From Candidatus Latescibacterota bacterium (GTDB taxonomy: Bacteria > Latescibacterota > UBA2968), in the NCBI GenBank assembly GCA_965208125.1, contig OZ242320.1:2176001-2240000 (forward strand): a DNA stretch of 64,000 nt, in the 5' to 3' direction. The notes beneath the pieces are model-generated. The model did no database searches, was not told where the DNA came from, and saw nothing but the letters and a program-made list of their open reading frames with translations. The position numbers were made by a program, and so were the translations under genes. Below are positions 8,528-17,994 of the stretch, piece after piece; positions within the stretch are counted from its first letter, which is position 1; every line of letters begins with the position of its first letter.

Positions 8528-10411
8528 ATGCGGATTTTTGTCGCGGTATGTGTTTTGATGGTGCTTCAGAGCAGTGTCGCATTGGCTCAGAATGAGGCTT
8601 CGTTTGGTGTGATGGTGGAGCCAAAGGCGGCGCGTGTTGGAGAGGCTGTTGCGGTGTGGATTGATGTGGATCTTTCCGATGATTGGCATATTTATTCGGC
8701 GACCACGCCGCCGGGTGGTCCCTATCCCACGGAGATTGTGCTGTCGGGCGAGGGGTTTCGGCAAGTGGGGGCGGTGATTCAGCCCGACCCTATTGTGGAG
8801 TACGATCCAAATTTTGAGATGAATGTGGAATATTACCATCCCAAAGTGCGATTTGAGGTGCGGGCAGAGGTGGGTGAGGGAATGCCGGGCGAGCGGGTGC
8901 TGTCGGGTGAAGTGATCTATATGCTTTGCAATGCGACGCAGTGTTTGCCGCCCAATACGTACGCATTTGAGATTCCCGTGATGGTGGAGGCGGGACCTGC
9001 GCGGGCTGAGTATGTGTTTTCTGCTGTTGAAGCGCCCGCTGTACCTCTGGATGGCACGGGCAGCGTGGCCGATGTTGAGCGTGCGATTACAGAGGGTTTG
9101 AGCGCGTTTTTGTACCTGTCTTTGTGGATGGGTTTTCTGGCTTTGCTCACGCCGTGTGTGTTTCCGATGATTCCCATTACGGTGTCATTTTTTACCAAGC
9201 AGGAAACGCAGAGCCGGAGGGAGTCTGTTACCAAGTCGCTGGCTTATTGCGGGGGTATTATTTTTACGTTTACCGGTCTGGGTATGGTGTTGGCGGCAAC
9301 CCTGGGCGCGTCTGGTGCGGCTCTGTTTGCGGCCAATCCCTGGGTCAATTTGTTGATTACTGCGATTTTTGTGGCTTTTGCGCTGGCGTTGTTTGGGTTG
9401 TTTGAAATTCGATTGCCCTACGGTTTGCTCAATAAGTTGAACCAGGTTCAGGGGGGAAGTTATGGCGCGATTCTAATTATGGGGTTCACGTTTTCTCTTA
9501 CGTCGTTTACGTGTACTGCGCCTTTTGTCGGCACATTGCTGGTGCTGACGGCTCAGGGAACGTGGGCGTGGCCCATTTTGGGCATGCTGGTATTTTCGGC
9601 TGCTTTTGCCTCTCCGTTTTTCTTTTTGGCACTTTTTCCACAGTCGCTTGCTGCTTTGCCCCAAAGCGGTGGTTGGTTAAATTCTGTGAAGGTGGTGATG
9701 GGGTTTTTGGAATTGGCCGCTGCGTTGAAATTTTTGAGTAATGTCGATCTGGTGTGGCAGTGGGGGATTATTTCGCGCGAGGTCTTTATCGCGGGGTGGA
9801 TCGCGATCTTTTTGCTGTGTGGTTTTTATTTGTTGGGAAAAATCCGGTTGCCGCACGATTCTGTGCTCGATACGGTTGGTCCGTTGCGTTTGCTGGCGAG
9901 TAGTGGATGTTTGGCTTTTGGGCTGTATTTGATGACGGGTCTTTTTGGCGCACCTCTGGGCGAATGGGACGCATTTTTCCCGCCTTATGGAAGTTATGGG
10001 GAAATTGCCAAGATAAGGAGCGGCGAACCCGAACTGACCTGGCGCGATGATTATGAAGCGGGTTTGGCAGAAGCAAAGACGACGGGCAAACCGGTATTTA
10101 TCGATTTTACGGGCTATGCGTGTACGAATTGCCGCTGGATGGAGGCGAATATTTTTCCAGAAAAGGAGGTACACGCGCTATTAAAGCAGTTTGTACGGGT
10201 TCAGTTGTACACGGATGGGCGAGGGGAAAAATACAAGCGCAATCGCGATTTGCAAGAGGCTCATTTTGGTACGGTTGCTCTGCCTTTGTACGCGCTTATG
10301 ACACCCGAGGGAAAAGAGATTACACATTTTCCGGGGATGACGCGCGATGTGGATGTTTTTGTCCGCTTTTTGAAACAGGGGATCAGTCCGACAGTGGCGA
10401 GTGTGGAGTAA
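8528..10411 (+). CDS. dsbD: protein-disulfide reductase DsbD family
   Basis: N-terminal CNATQC, TM-domain PCVFPMIP and FTCTAP, C-terminal thioredoxin CTNC. Start moved past the repeat. Confidence 0.88.
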   Translation: MRIFVAVCVLMVLQSSVALAQNEASFGVMVEPKAARVGEAVAVWIDVDLSDDWHIYSATTPPGGPYPTEIVLSGEGFRQVGAVIQPDPIVEYDPNFEMNVEYYHPKVRFEVRAEVGEGMPGERVLSGEVIYMLCNATQCLPPNTYAFEIPVMVEAGPARAEYVFSAVEAPAVPLDGTGSVADVERAITEGLSAFLYLSLWMGFLALLTPCVFPMIPITVSFFTKQETQSRRESVTKSLAYCGGIIFTFTGLGMVLAATLGASGAALFAANPWVNLLITAIFVAFALALFGLFEIRLPYGLLNKLNQVQGGSYGAILIMGFTFSLTSFTCTAPFVGTLLVLTAQGTWAWPILGMLVFSAAFASPFFFLALFPQSLAALPQSGGWLNSVKVVMGFLELAAALKFLSNVDLVWQWGIISREVFIAGWIAIFLLCGFYLLGKIRLPHDSVLDTVGPLRLLASSGCLAFGLYLMTGLFGAPLGEWDAFFPPYGSYGEIAKIRSGEPELTWRDDYEAGLAEAKTTGKPVFIDFTGYACTNCRWMEANIFPEKEVHALLKQFVRVQLYTDGRGEKYKRNRDLQEAHFGTVALPLYALMTPEGKEITHFPGMTRDVDVFVRFLKQGISPTVASVE

Positions 10412-11674
10412 CTATCGTGCCAGGCCGATAAAAGTGCCCAGGGCGAGGGCAACGACGCCGAGTAGTGCGAGTAGAAGGGCACCAATGGCGATTTGAAGCA
10501 TTTGGGGTTCAAGGCGATTGAGATAGTTTTCGAGTGTTTCGATGCCCGAGCGCATAGCGCGTTCGATGGGGTCGGGGAGGTGCTTGACGAAGGGGATTTT
10601 TCGCCGAGAGATTTCGTCGATGTATTGAATATTTTTGATGTTGTGACGGGCGTTGAAGGTGTGTTCGACAAATTTGCGGATTGCAAAACGCTGTACCGGG
10701 TCGTGAATTTCGGATAGGCGAAGGGTTTGTGGATCAATGGTGTTGGATAGTTTGAAGCAGTGTGTGGTTTTGTCGGGGTCGTCCGGGTCGGGTTCGAGTT
10801 TGCCTTTGACGACGCGCCCCAATATGGTGAGGTCGTGATAGTTGAGGTAGTGATAGTGTCCGCCTTTTTCGCGGCCCAATAGGCTTTCAATGCGCTGGCG
10901 CAAGATATCGGGGTCGTCTTTGCTCTGGCGAAGATGTTCGGAAATTTTGATGTTGAAGCATTGTGCATAAAATTTGAGAAAGTCCCGGACAATGGGCGAG
11001 GTATAACTGCCTTTGGCGTTGATGAGACGACGCACAAAGCCGAGGTAACGGGGGTTTGTGTATAGTCGCGCGGCGATGTCGAATGAACCTCTGGTGAGTG
11101 CAGTTGATTCGCGTATATGTGTTTTGATGGCGGCGTCGATTTGCACGCTCATCTGGATCAGTGCGGCGTCTTCGTCGTCTTCCCGCACGATGGACCGGGG
11201 TGGGTCCTCGGGTTCGTCGCGGGCGAGAAAAGGTGCGGTTTCTCCCGAGGCAAAGCTGCCAAGCCCGCCTTCTATGCCCTGTCTGATCATGATTCGAGAA
11301 GCGGCTTCCTCTATTTCCGCTTCTGTTTTTTTTATGAGTTCTTCGGGAAGTTCTGTGTTCTGTTCAGGGACAAGGGCAGAGATGTTGTCTGCAAAGATTT
11401 GAACTTGAGATTTGTTGTTGAATACATTGAGATAGGGTTGTTGTATTGCTTCGGGCAACAGATGCTGTGTGAGGGTGTTGCCCTGCTGTCCTTTGAAGGC
11501 GGTGTAGAGCGCTTCGTGCAGTGAGGTGAAGGGAACCACGCGCGTTGCGACGAGTATGCGGTCTGCGCCATAGGTAAAGAGATAGAGATTTTCCCAATAG
11601 CACTTGCGGTAGTATGGCCGGTCGGTTCTGAAGGAGAAAGCGAAGCGGTATTTTGGATCGACAATGCGTTCCAT
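10412..11674 (-). CDS. hypothetical protein with C-terminal TM anchor
   Basis: 420-aa ORF filling the gap between neighbours; hydrophobic tail IAIGALLLALLGVVALALGTFIGL. Confidence 0.75.
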   Translation of the reverse strand: MERIVDPKYRFAFSFRTDRPYYRKCYWENLYLFTYGADRILVATRVVPFTSLHEALYTAFKGQQGNTLTQHLLPEAIQQPYLNVFNNKSQVQIFADNISALVPEQNTELPEELIKKTEAEIEEAASRIMIRQGIEGGLGSFASGETAPFLARDEPEDPPRSIVREDDEDAALIQMSVQIDAAIKTHIRESTALTRGSFDIAARLYTNPRYLGFVRRLINAKGSYTSPIVRDFLKFYAQCFNIKISEHLRQSKDDPDILRQRIESLLGREKGGHYHYLNYHDLTILGRVVKGKLEPDPDDPDKTTHCFKLSNTIDPQTLRLSEIHDPVQRFAIRKFVEHTFNARHNIKNIQYIDEISRRKIPFVKHLPDPIERAMRSGIETLENYLNRLEPQMLQIAIGALLLALLGVVALALGTFIGLAR

Positions 11675-11733
11675 CGGTTCTTCCTGGAGAAACGGTTTCG
11701 GTACAACATAATACGTTATTTCGGAAGGTAACA

Positions 11734-13809
11734 ATGAACTATTTTCGGAGCAATCGGTTTCTCAATACACTGCCCGATTGGGAGATGGGTGAGCCGATAG
11801 AGGGTGCACTGGAGAGTTATTTGCCGCGCGTGCGCGCGCTGCTGCACCGCCTGGATAATCCCCAGGCGCGGTTCGATTCTGTTATTGTGGGGGGTACAAA
11901 TGGCAAGGGTACGGTGAGTTATTTGCTGGCGGAGTTGCTGCGGGCAGCGGGTTTTCGCGTGGGGCTTTATACGTCGCCGCATTTGCACACGGTGCGCGAG
12001 CGGATATGCGTTGATGGCGAGGTGCTCGCGCGCGATGTGTGGGCAGAAGGTGTGGCGCATTTTTACGAAAAGAGCCGCGATTTTGAGCGCGAAGGCTGGG
12101 GCGCGTTTAGCAAGTTTGAGGTGCTCACGGTTTTGGCGGCTCATCATTTTGCGCGGGCCAATGTGGATTGGGCTGTTTTTGAAGTGGGGCTGGGTGGGCA
12201 ATTTGACGCGACCAATGCATGGGATTCAAAAGTTGCTGTGTTGACGTCTGTTCATCTGGATCATGTGGATGTGTTGGGCGATACGCTGTGTGAGATTGCG
12301 GCGGATAAGGTACATATTGCGCGTTCGGGAAGGCCGCTGTTTACGGGGTCAGGGCAGGCAGCCGAGGTTTTGAAGTTGCTGGAAAGAGAATGTGTGCATC
12401 GGGGTGCGGCGTTGCATGTGGTCGATGCGGAGATGGGCGATATTGCGGATCGACCGGTTGCGTTTCGGGAAAATGCCGCGCTGTCGGTTGCTGTGGCGCA
12501 GCATATTGTAGATGGGTGCGGGATGGTGTTGCCAGATGAACGGGTGCGGAAAGTGATTTTGAATGGTTCGTTGCCCGGGCGATTTGAGGTGGTTCGGAAG
12601 ACGCCGCCTTTGATTTTAGATGGTGCCCACAATCCGGATGCGGTTCGCGCTTTGGTGCGCGATTTGCAAGTTCTATCGGATAAGTGGCGTTTTGTGGTGG
12701 GGGTTAATAAAGGGCACGACGCACGGGGTATTTTGCAGGCACTTTCGCCTCTGGCCGCCGAGGTTGTTTTGACGCAGTCGGCGCATCCCAAAGCCATTTC
12801 TGTGGCGCGTTTGAGATCGCTGGTTCCAGAGGGGCTGTGTGTGCGGTGTGAGACAGGAGGGTTGGATTTTTTGGCGGAGGTGTCCCGACAGCCTACGTGT
12901 GTACTCGGGTCGCTGCATCTGGTGGCGTTGGCGCGCGAGGTGTTGGATTTGCCCGGGGAGGTAGATAGTTTTGGCGAGGATGTGATTTTAGAGAGTTTGC
13001 GGTGTCTTGAGATCGCGTGTCGGCAGTTGGGCGTGGGGTATGAGGCGGTGTCCGCAGATGGCAATGTGATTCGGGTGGAGAGAGAGGGAAAACCGCTGTA
13101 TTTTTTGCGAAATAAACATCCGTTTAACGATTATGTTTCCGGGAAGTTGGCTGAAGATAAAGGGTATCAATACGAGCTGTTTGATCGGGCGAATATCGCT
13201 GTGCCCAGAACGATGACGGTGTTCAATCCCCTATCTGACCGGCGGTTTGATCGGTATAAGACGCATGCTTCTGTCGCAGATATTGTGAGCGATGTGGTGC
13301 AACACATGTCTTTTCCGGTTGTGGTGAAACGCAATCACGGCTCTATGGCACAGGGCGTGTATTTGGAGGCGAATGCAGAGGATTTGCAATCGCGTTTGCA
13401 AGCGTTGTGTGAAGAAAGTAGCCGATTTGACAATGTGTTGTTGATCCAGGCTTATGTTGAGGGACCTGAGTATCGCATTGTGGGCAGCGAAGATGAGTTG
13501 TTGCTCGCATACGAAAAGCAAAATGATTCAGATATTGAAGGAGAGGATATCAATCCGCTGCATCGGGCAGGGGGCAGGGCAGTTGCGGTCGTGGATGACG
13601 GATTGTTGGAGGATTTTCGCACTTTGACCCAGGCGTTAAATCGGGTGTTGGATTTGGGTTTTTACGCGATTGATTTGATCGCCGGTTCCAATGGGTATTT
13701 TGTTTTGGAAGTGAATCCCAATCCCATATGTTATTTTTATAACGCGGATAATGGGCGAGGCGATTTTGTGCAAATTTATCAGTATCTGGTGCAGAAATAT
13801 TTGCTGTAG
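11734..13809 (+). CDS. FolC-like Mur ligase fused to a C-terminal ATP-grasp domain
   Basis: GTNGKGT, YTSPHL, EVGLGG.FDATN, DGAHN, then DK, VVK..HGS..QGV, IQAYV.GPEYR, IDLI, LEVNPNP. Confidence 0.88.
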   Translation: MNYFRSNRFLNTLPDWEMGEPIEGALESYLPRVRALLHRLDNPQARFDSVIVGGTNGKGTVSYLLAELLRAAGFRVGLYTSPHLHTVRERICVDGEVLARDVWAEGVAHFYEKSRDFEREGWGAFSKFEVLTVLAAHHFARANVDWAVFEVGLGGQFDATNAWDSKVAVLTSVHLDHVDVLGDTLCEIAADKVHIARSGRPLFTGSGQAAEVLKLLERECVHRGAALHVVDAEMGDIADRPVAFRENAALSVAVAQHIVDGCGMVLPDERVRKVILNGSLPGRFEVVRKTPPLILDGAHNPDAVRALVRDLQVLSDKWRFVVGVNKGHDARGILQALSPLAAEVVLTQSAHPKAISVARLRSLVPEGLCVRCETGGLDFLAEVSRQPTCVLGSLHLVALAREVLDLPGEVDSFGEDVILESLRCLEIACRQLGVGYEAVSADGNVIRVEREGKPLYFLRNKHPFNDYVSGKLAEDKGYQYELFDRANIAVPRTMTVFNPLSDRRFDRYKTHASVADIVSDVVQHMSFPVVVKRNHGSMAQGVYLEANAEDLQSRLQALCEESSRFDNVLLIQAYVEGPEYRIVGSEDELLLAYEKQNDSDIEGEDINPLHRAGGRAVAVVDDGLLEDFRTLTQALNRVLDLGFYAIDLIAGSNGYFVLEVNPNPICYFYNADNGRGDFVQIYQYLVQKYLL

Positions 13810-13815
13810 GTGATT

Positions 13816-16800
13816 TCAGATCTCTACTGGAACCATTTTGCGCGTTTTCGGCTGGTATGTCATGCCGGTGAGCAATTTTTCGAGTGTGTTGGTGACGCGG
13901 AAGACAACGCGATTTTTGCCCTGTTTGAGATAGGCTGTTTTGCCAGTCCAGCAATAAGGTGCCCAGGCGCGTACGCCCAGAGACTGGCCGTTGATGGTTA
14001 TTTCGACGATGTCGGAGAGGTTTTTTACGGTGTGTTCGAGGTCAATTTTGAAACGCGCGGTCATGGGCAGGGTTTTGATATCGATGTCTCGGGTGTATGA
14101 CACGGTGCCAGCATAGAAGGGCAGTCCCTGCGCTTTGAAGTCAAAAACTGGGCCGCTATCTTGAGAGGATGCGAGCCTGGGATAGATGTTTCGCCAGGAT
14201 TTGAGCTGAAAACGTCCAAAGAGATACATGGCATCGGCGAGGCCGTCGCCCGAGCTGTTGACTTCTACGCGGATGGCGATCACATTTTTGCCTTTGTTTA
14301 TGTGTTGTCCTACGGAGCATGTGGCATTGGCGTGATCGAACCGGAAGGTGGGGCGAAAGGCATTGCTCGGTAATTTGGAACCGTTGATGTAGATTTGATG
14401 CTCTCCCTGAATAGCACTTCGGTCCATGACCAGAGAGAGTTTACTGGGGACAATGTCTGCGATAAAGGTTGTTCGGTACCAACAAATCGTTTTTTCTGAC
14501 AGGTCGTCAAAAGGTTGTGGGCGTGTTTCGAGCCACCTGCTGTCGCTATAAGTCGGTTGATGCCAGCTCTGGCGTACGCCTGTGTTAGACGGGTCGAATT
14601 TCGTTTTGAATTTGTCCAGGCGCAGTGCGTTATCTTCTTCTGGATCGACTTTCCAGTTACCTGTTAAATTGAGTTTGAGAGTTTCTACCAGAGGCTTTTC
14701 TTTTTTTGTTTTTGCAGAGCCTGTTACGATCATGTGTGATTGCAGCCGATCAAAGGAGAGGTTGATGCGGCTCATTTCTCCAGTGGATTGGGCCACAAGG
14801 GGTGTGCGTTTGCCCGTTTCTAAATCCCATTTTTCTATCTGTCCACTGGAGGGGGGTATATAAATTTGCGCCGTAACGGGCGAATTTCCCCGATTGGCAA
14901 AAAAGAATATGTGATGCTTTTCATCTGTTCGGTGGTGATATTGTATTGCGTCGGCGTTTTTCCCGTCTGACATGATGCGTACTCGCCGGGGCAGATTTTC
15001 GTCGAGCAGGCGTTCCAGCATGAATGTCGCCTGATTTTTTTCTACAGTACCCCCCGTGCGGATAAACATGAAGTTGTCTCGACTCAGCAGGTGGACGCCC
15101 GATTCATGACCGGTGTAATCGCGAATCATTCGCCCCGGTTCCATGTCGGTCAACCGCGAGAATCCCTCGACGATTGATGCGCCCTCTTGAATATCCTCAA
15201 TGGGCAATAATCCCAGGGCGATGACGAGACCGCCTGCATTGATAAATGCGCGTAGCTTATCAAAAGCTGCGCGTTCCAGATTGGTGATGGGGGGGATGAT
15301 CAGGACCGTGTAGCGCATTTTGCCGACCCGCAATTGGCGGTTGGTGATTTCCGCCTGGGCGAAGAGGGCCGGGTCAAGGCTTTGAAAGGGCCGCTGCATC
15401 TGATACAGAGAGCGGGCAATACAAGCCCAGTCGGCAACAAGGTTATTGGTCAGTGTTTCTTCATCGGGATCATAGCCGACATAAGACCAGTTGTGAAACG
15501 GGTGTGCGAGGTGTGCCCACAGGCTGGTGACAGGATCGAGGAGTGCAATATCGGCTACTTGCTGACCCTGGCACAAGAGATGGGCAAGTCGCCCCGCGTA
15601 GTCAGACAGCAGGTGGAAGTGTTTCCAGTAGGGATTTTGATGGAACAGAGATGTGGCGTGTTTGCGCAATCCGTCGAGTGTGTAGTAGAGGGCGTGGGGC
15701 GCATAGAAGTTGGTTCCGTGGGTGCCGAGGGTATCGAGCTGTGCTTTCATATCTTGCAGCGTGGTTGCCCAGCCCGTGTTTTGAAAACAGGTATTGAGTA
15801 CGCGGGAAGTGTTTGTTTGCGCGGCGAGTGCTGTTGCAAATTCCGGGCTGTGGCGATATGATACGGCGTCTTCTTTGGCGCGTTCAACGCCGAGACCACT
15901 GCTTGTACCAGGTATGGGTACGGAAGAGCGATGTGCATTGCGAAGCGGGGTTATATCGCTCGCATAGTTGAGGACGTGCTCTTTGCACCAGTCGGCACTG
16001 CGCGCGCTGTCGTGTCGCTGTTGCAGTTCGCCCAGGGTTTGAAAATAATCGTAGCGAATGCGGCTCGTGTTGGGACCAAAGTAGGTTATGAGGGCAGGCA
16101 AGCAAGAGAGGAGATCGTAGCCATTGCGCGTTTTGAAGTATTCGGGCAATACGGGTGACCAGGGCAGGCGATCGTTTGGGAAATGCGTTTCTGCGGTTAA
16201 AATACCCTTTAAGGTTTTGCCCTGATAAGCGGAAAATCGCTCGATATAGGGTTGCTGAACGGTCTGGTGCAGGGTGCGGACAGATTCTGGATTGAACCGA
16301 TCGAGGTGTGAGCCGGGACAGTCACTATTTGCCGAGGGTTCTTGCAAAAACACGAGCACGCGCCAACGTCCGGCAGGTGCTTTCCAATACAGTCGGCGGG
16401 TGGGATTAAAAGATACATAAGTGTGGGGACGGTAGGCGGGCACAGCGTTGTTGTCGCGCAGTGCGTGGTGTTGATGATTGACGCCCAGATAAGCGCTGAT
16501 ATCTTGTTTGTCTTCCCACAGACAGCGATCTCTTCGCAAGGGAACGGCAAGTGTATGTAACACGGGTGCCCAGGGCAATGTGAGATCAACTTGTTGCCCG
16601 CCCTGTACAACGGTTTCGCGAAAGGTGAGTTGTTGTGCGATGAATTGGGGATGATTTAAGGTGATTTGGGTTGATCCAATACCACCTGGATAGCGGTATT
16701 CATCGTGAATCCAGACATGGAGGCCACATTCTTCTGCTGTTTCAAGTGCCAATTTTACGCGATCGAACCAGATGTGCGACAAATAAGGCGTTTTTAGCCC

Positions 16801-16953
16801 AGGACCCGTTGATAGACAAAATCCACCAAGTCCTTTTTCGCTCATTTCGCGGATTTGACGGACGAGTTCGTTTTCTTCTATTATGCCGTTCCATATCCAA
16901 AATGGAACGAGGCGGTCAGCAGCAGGGGGATTGATGAAATTTTTAGGGTTCAT
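13816..16953 (-). CDS. GH106-like glycoside hydrolase family protein with C-terminal sugar-binding domains
   Basis: PFWIWNG..ELVRQI..GLGGF, WIHDE..YPGG, HALYY, QNPYW; C-terminal FYAGTV.Y and W.PY...GKN. Confidence 0.75.
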   Translation of the reverse strand: MNPKNFINPPAADRLVPFWIWNGIIEENELVRQIREMSEKGLGGFCLSTGPGLKTPYLSHIWFDRVKLALETAEECGLHVWIHDEYRYPGGIGSTQITLNHPQFIAQQLTFRETVVQGGQQVDLTLPWAPVLHTLAVPLRRDRCLWEDKQDISAYLGVNHQHHALRDNNAVPAYRPHTYVSFNPTRRLYWKAPAGRWRVLVFLQEPSANSDCPGSHLDRFNPESVRTLHQTVQQPYIERFSAYQGKTLKGILTAETHFPNDRLPWSPVLPEYFKTRNGYDLLSCLPALITYFGPNTSRIRYDYFQTLGELQQRHDSARSADWCKEHVLNYASDITPLRNAHRSSVPIPGTSSGLGVERAKEDAVSYRHSPEFATALAAQTNTSRVLNTCFQNTGWATTLQDMKAQLDTLGTHGTNFYAPHALYYTLDGLRKHATSLFHQNPYWKHFHLLSDYAGRLAHLLCQGQQVADIALLDPVTSLWAHLAHPFHNWSYVGYDPDEETLTNNLVADWACIARSLYQMQRPFQSLDPALFAQAEITNRQLRVGKMRYTVLIIPPITNLERAAFDKLRAFINAGGLVIALGLLPIEDIQEGASIVEGFSRLTDMEPGRMIRDYTGHESGVHLLSRDNFMFIRTGGTVEKNQATFMLERLLDENLPRRVRIMSDGKNADAIQYHHRTDEKHHIFFFANRGNSPVTAQIYIPPSSGQIEKWDLETGKRTPLVAQSTGEMSRINLSFDRLQSHMIVTGSAKTKKEKPLVETLKLNLTGNWKVDPEEDNALRLDKFKTKFDPSNTGVRQSWHQPTYSDSRWLETRPQPFDDLSEKTICWYRTTFIADIVPSKLSLVMDRSAIQGEHQIYINGSKLPSNAFRPTFRFDHANATCSVGQHINKGKNVIAIRVEVNSSGDGLADAMYLFGRFQLKSWRNIYPRLASSQDSGPVFDFKAQGLPFYAGTVSYTRDIDIKTLPMTARFKIDLEHTVKNLSDIVEITINGQSLGVRAWAPYCWTGKTAYLKQGKNRVVFRVTNTLEKLLTGMTYQPKTRKMVPVEI

Positions 16954-16954
16954 A

Positions 16955-17188
16955 TTAGTTTGCGTCAGCACAGGCTTGACATATATATGTAACTACCCGG
17001 CCATGCGGGCGAATACGGGTGAGTTTAATCTCGCCTTCTCGCTGTTTGCACTGCGCGCACGGACGGTCTAATTTGGGGGAAGTAAGGGTCGCGCAGGTAT
17101 CACAGCGATAAAGGACGCGCTTTATGCCGTTTTCGATATGCGTTTGTGCTTTTGTAGCCGGAACTTTGCCACATTGTTCGCAGATCAA
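16955..17188 (-). CDS. small protein with four CxxC motifs (duplicated McsA-like zinc finger)
   Basis: CEQC..CDTC..CAQC..CQAC; TTG start after GAGGT; abuts the downstream gene. Confidence 0.7.
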   Translation of the reverse strand: MICEQCGKVPATKAQTHIENGIKRVLYRCDTCATLTSPKLDRPCAQCKQREGEIKLTRIRPHGRVVTYICQACADAN

Positions 17189-17339
17189 TGGTGTGACCTC
17201 GCGTTTTGAGATGCCCGCGCTCCGTTTGTTTATAACCCCGAAAAATTTAATGTCTGTGTAGAAAAAGTCAAGTTATTTTAATAAAATGTTGTTTTATTAT
17301 AAGTTTATGAAATGATATATGAGCTGTTAAAATACGTAC

Positions 17340-17368
17340 TTGTCAATAGTAAGCTTTATCACTATAAT
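17340..17368 (+). promoter_or_regulatory. sigma70-type promoter, near-leaderless transcript
   Basis: TTGTCA-17 nt-TATAAT, 11 nt before the ATG at 17380. Confidence 0.65.
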
Positions 17369-17379
17369 GCCGGGGTGTT

Positions 17380-17991
17380 ATGAACGAGCAAATTTACGGT
17401 CTTGTGCTGGCTGCGGGTATGGCGCAGCGCATGGGGTCAACCAAACAGTTGTTGCCTTTTGGCGATAGAACGATTCTTCAAACAGTAGTTGATACGCTGT
17501 CAGGTGCTGATCTGGCTGGCATTGTGGTGGTTTTGGGGCACGATGCAGATGCTGTGCGCGAGAGTTTGCGCGGTCGGCCCGTGCTGTGTTGTGTGAATGA
17601 TGCCTACCGCGAGGGGATGTTTTCCAGTGTGCTTTGCGGTCTCCGTCATTTGCCTGCAGATGCAGATGCTGTGCTTATCGCTCTTGGCGATCAGCCTCAG
17701 ATTGAGTTGCATGTTGTTCAGGCTGTGGTGCAGGCATACCGCGAAGGCGACCGGGGTATTGTGATTCCCCTTTCGGGTGGCAAGCGCGGGCATCCAGTGC
17801 TGATCAATTTGTCGCGTTACCAGAGCGAGATTCTGGTGCTCTCAGGGGATGAAGGTCTCAAGCCGGTTATGCGCGGACACCCGCAAGACACGAGGGAGGT
17901 GTCGGTAGATGATGAGGGTATTTTGCGGGATCTGGATACGCCAGAAGATTATCGGGCGGAGTTGGAGAGGCGGGGAACAAATGGAGAATAG
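17380..17991 (+). CDS. MocA/MobA-like nucleotidyltransferase
   Basis: LAAG...RMG..KQLL, GM.SS, LGDQP, GHPV, DLDTPEDY. Confidence 0.9.
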   Translation: MNEQIYGLVLAAGMAQRMGSTKQLLPFGDRTILQTVVDTLSGADLAGIVVVLGHDADAVRESLRGRPVLCCVNDAYREGMFSSVLCGLRHLPADADAVLIALGDQPQIELHVVQAVVQAYREGDRGIVIPLSGGKRGHPVLINLSRYQSEILVLSGDEGLKPVMRGHPQDTREVSVDDEGILRDLDTPEDYRAELERRGTNGE

Positions 17992-17994
17992 CAG

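Noticed and set aside
11734-13809. Cyanophycin synthetase call
   Set aside because: Domain order is reversed, the N-terminal motifs are FolC-type, and no cyanophycinase is nearby.
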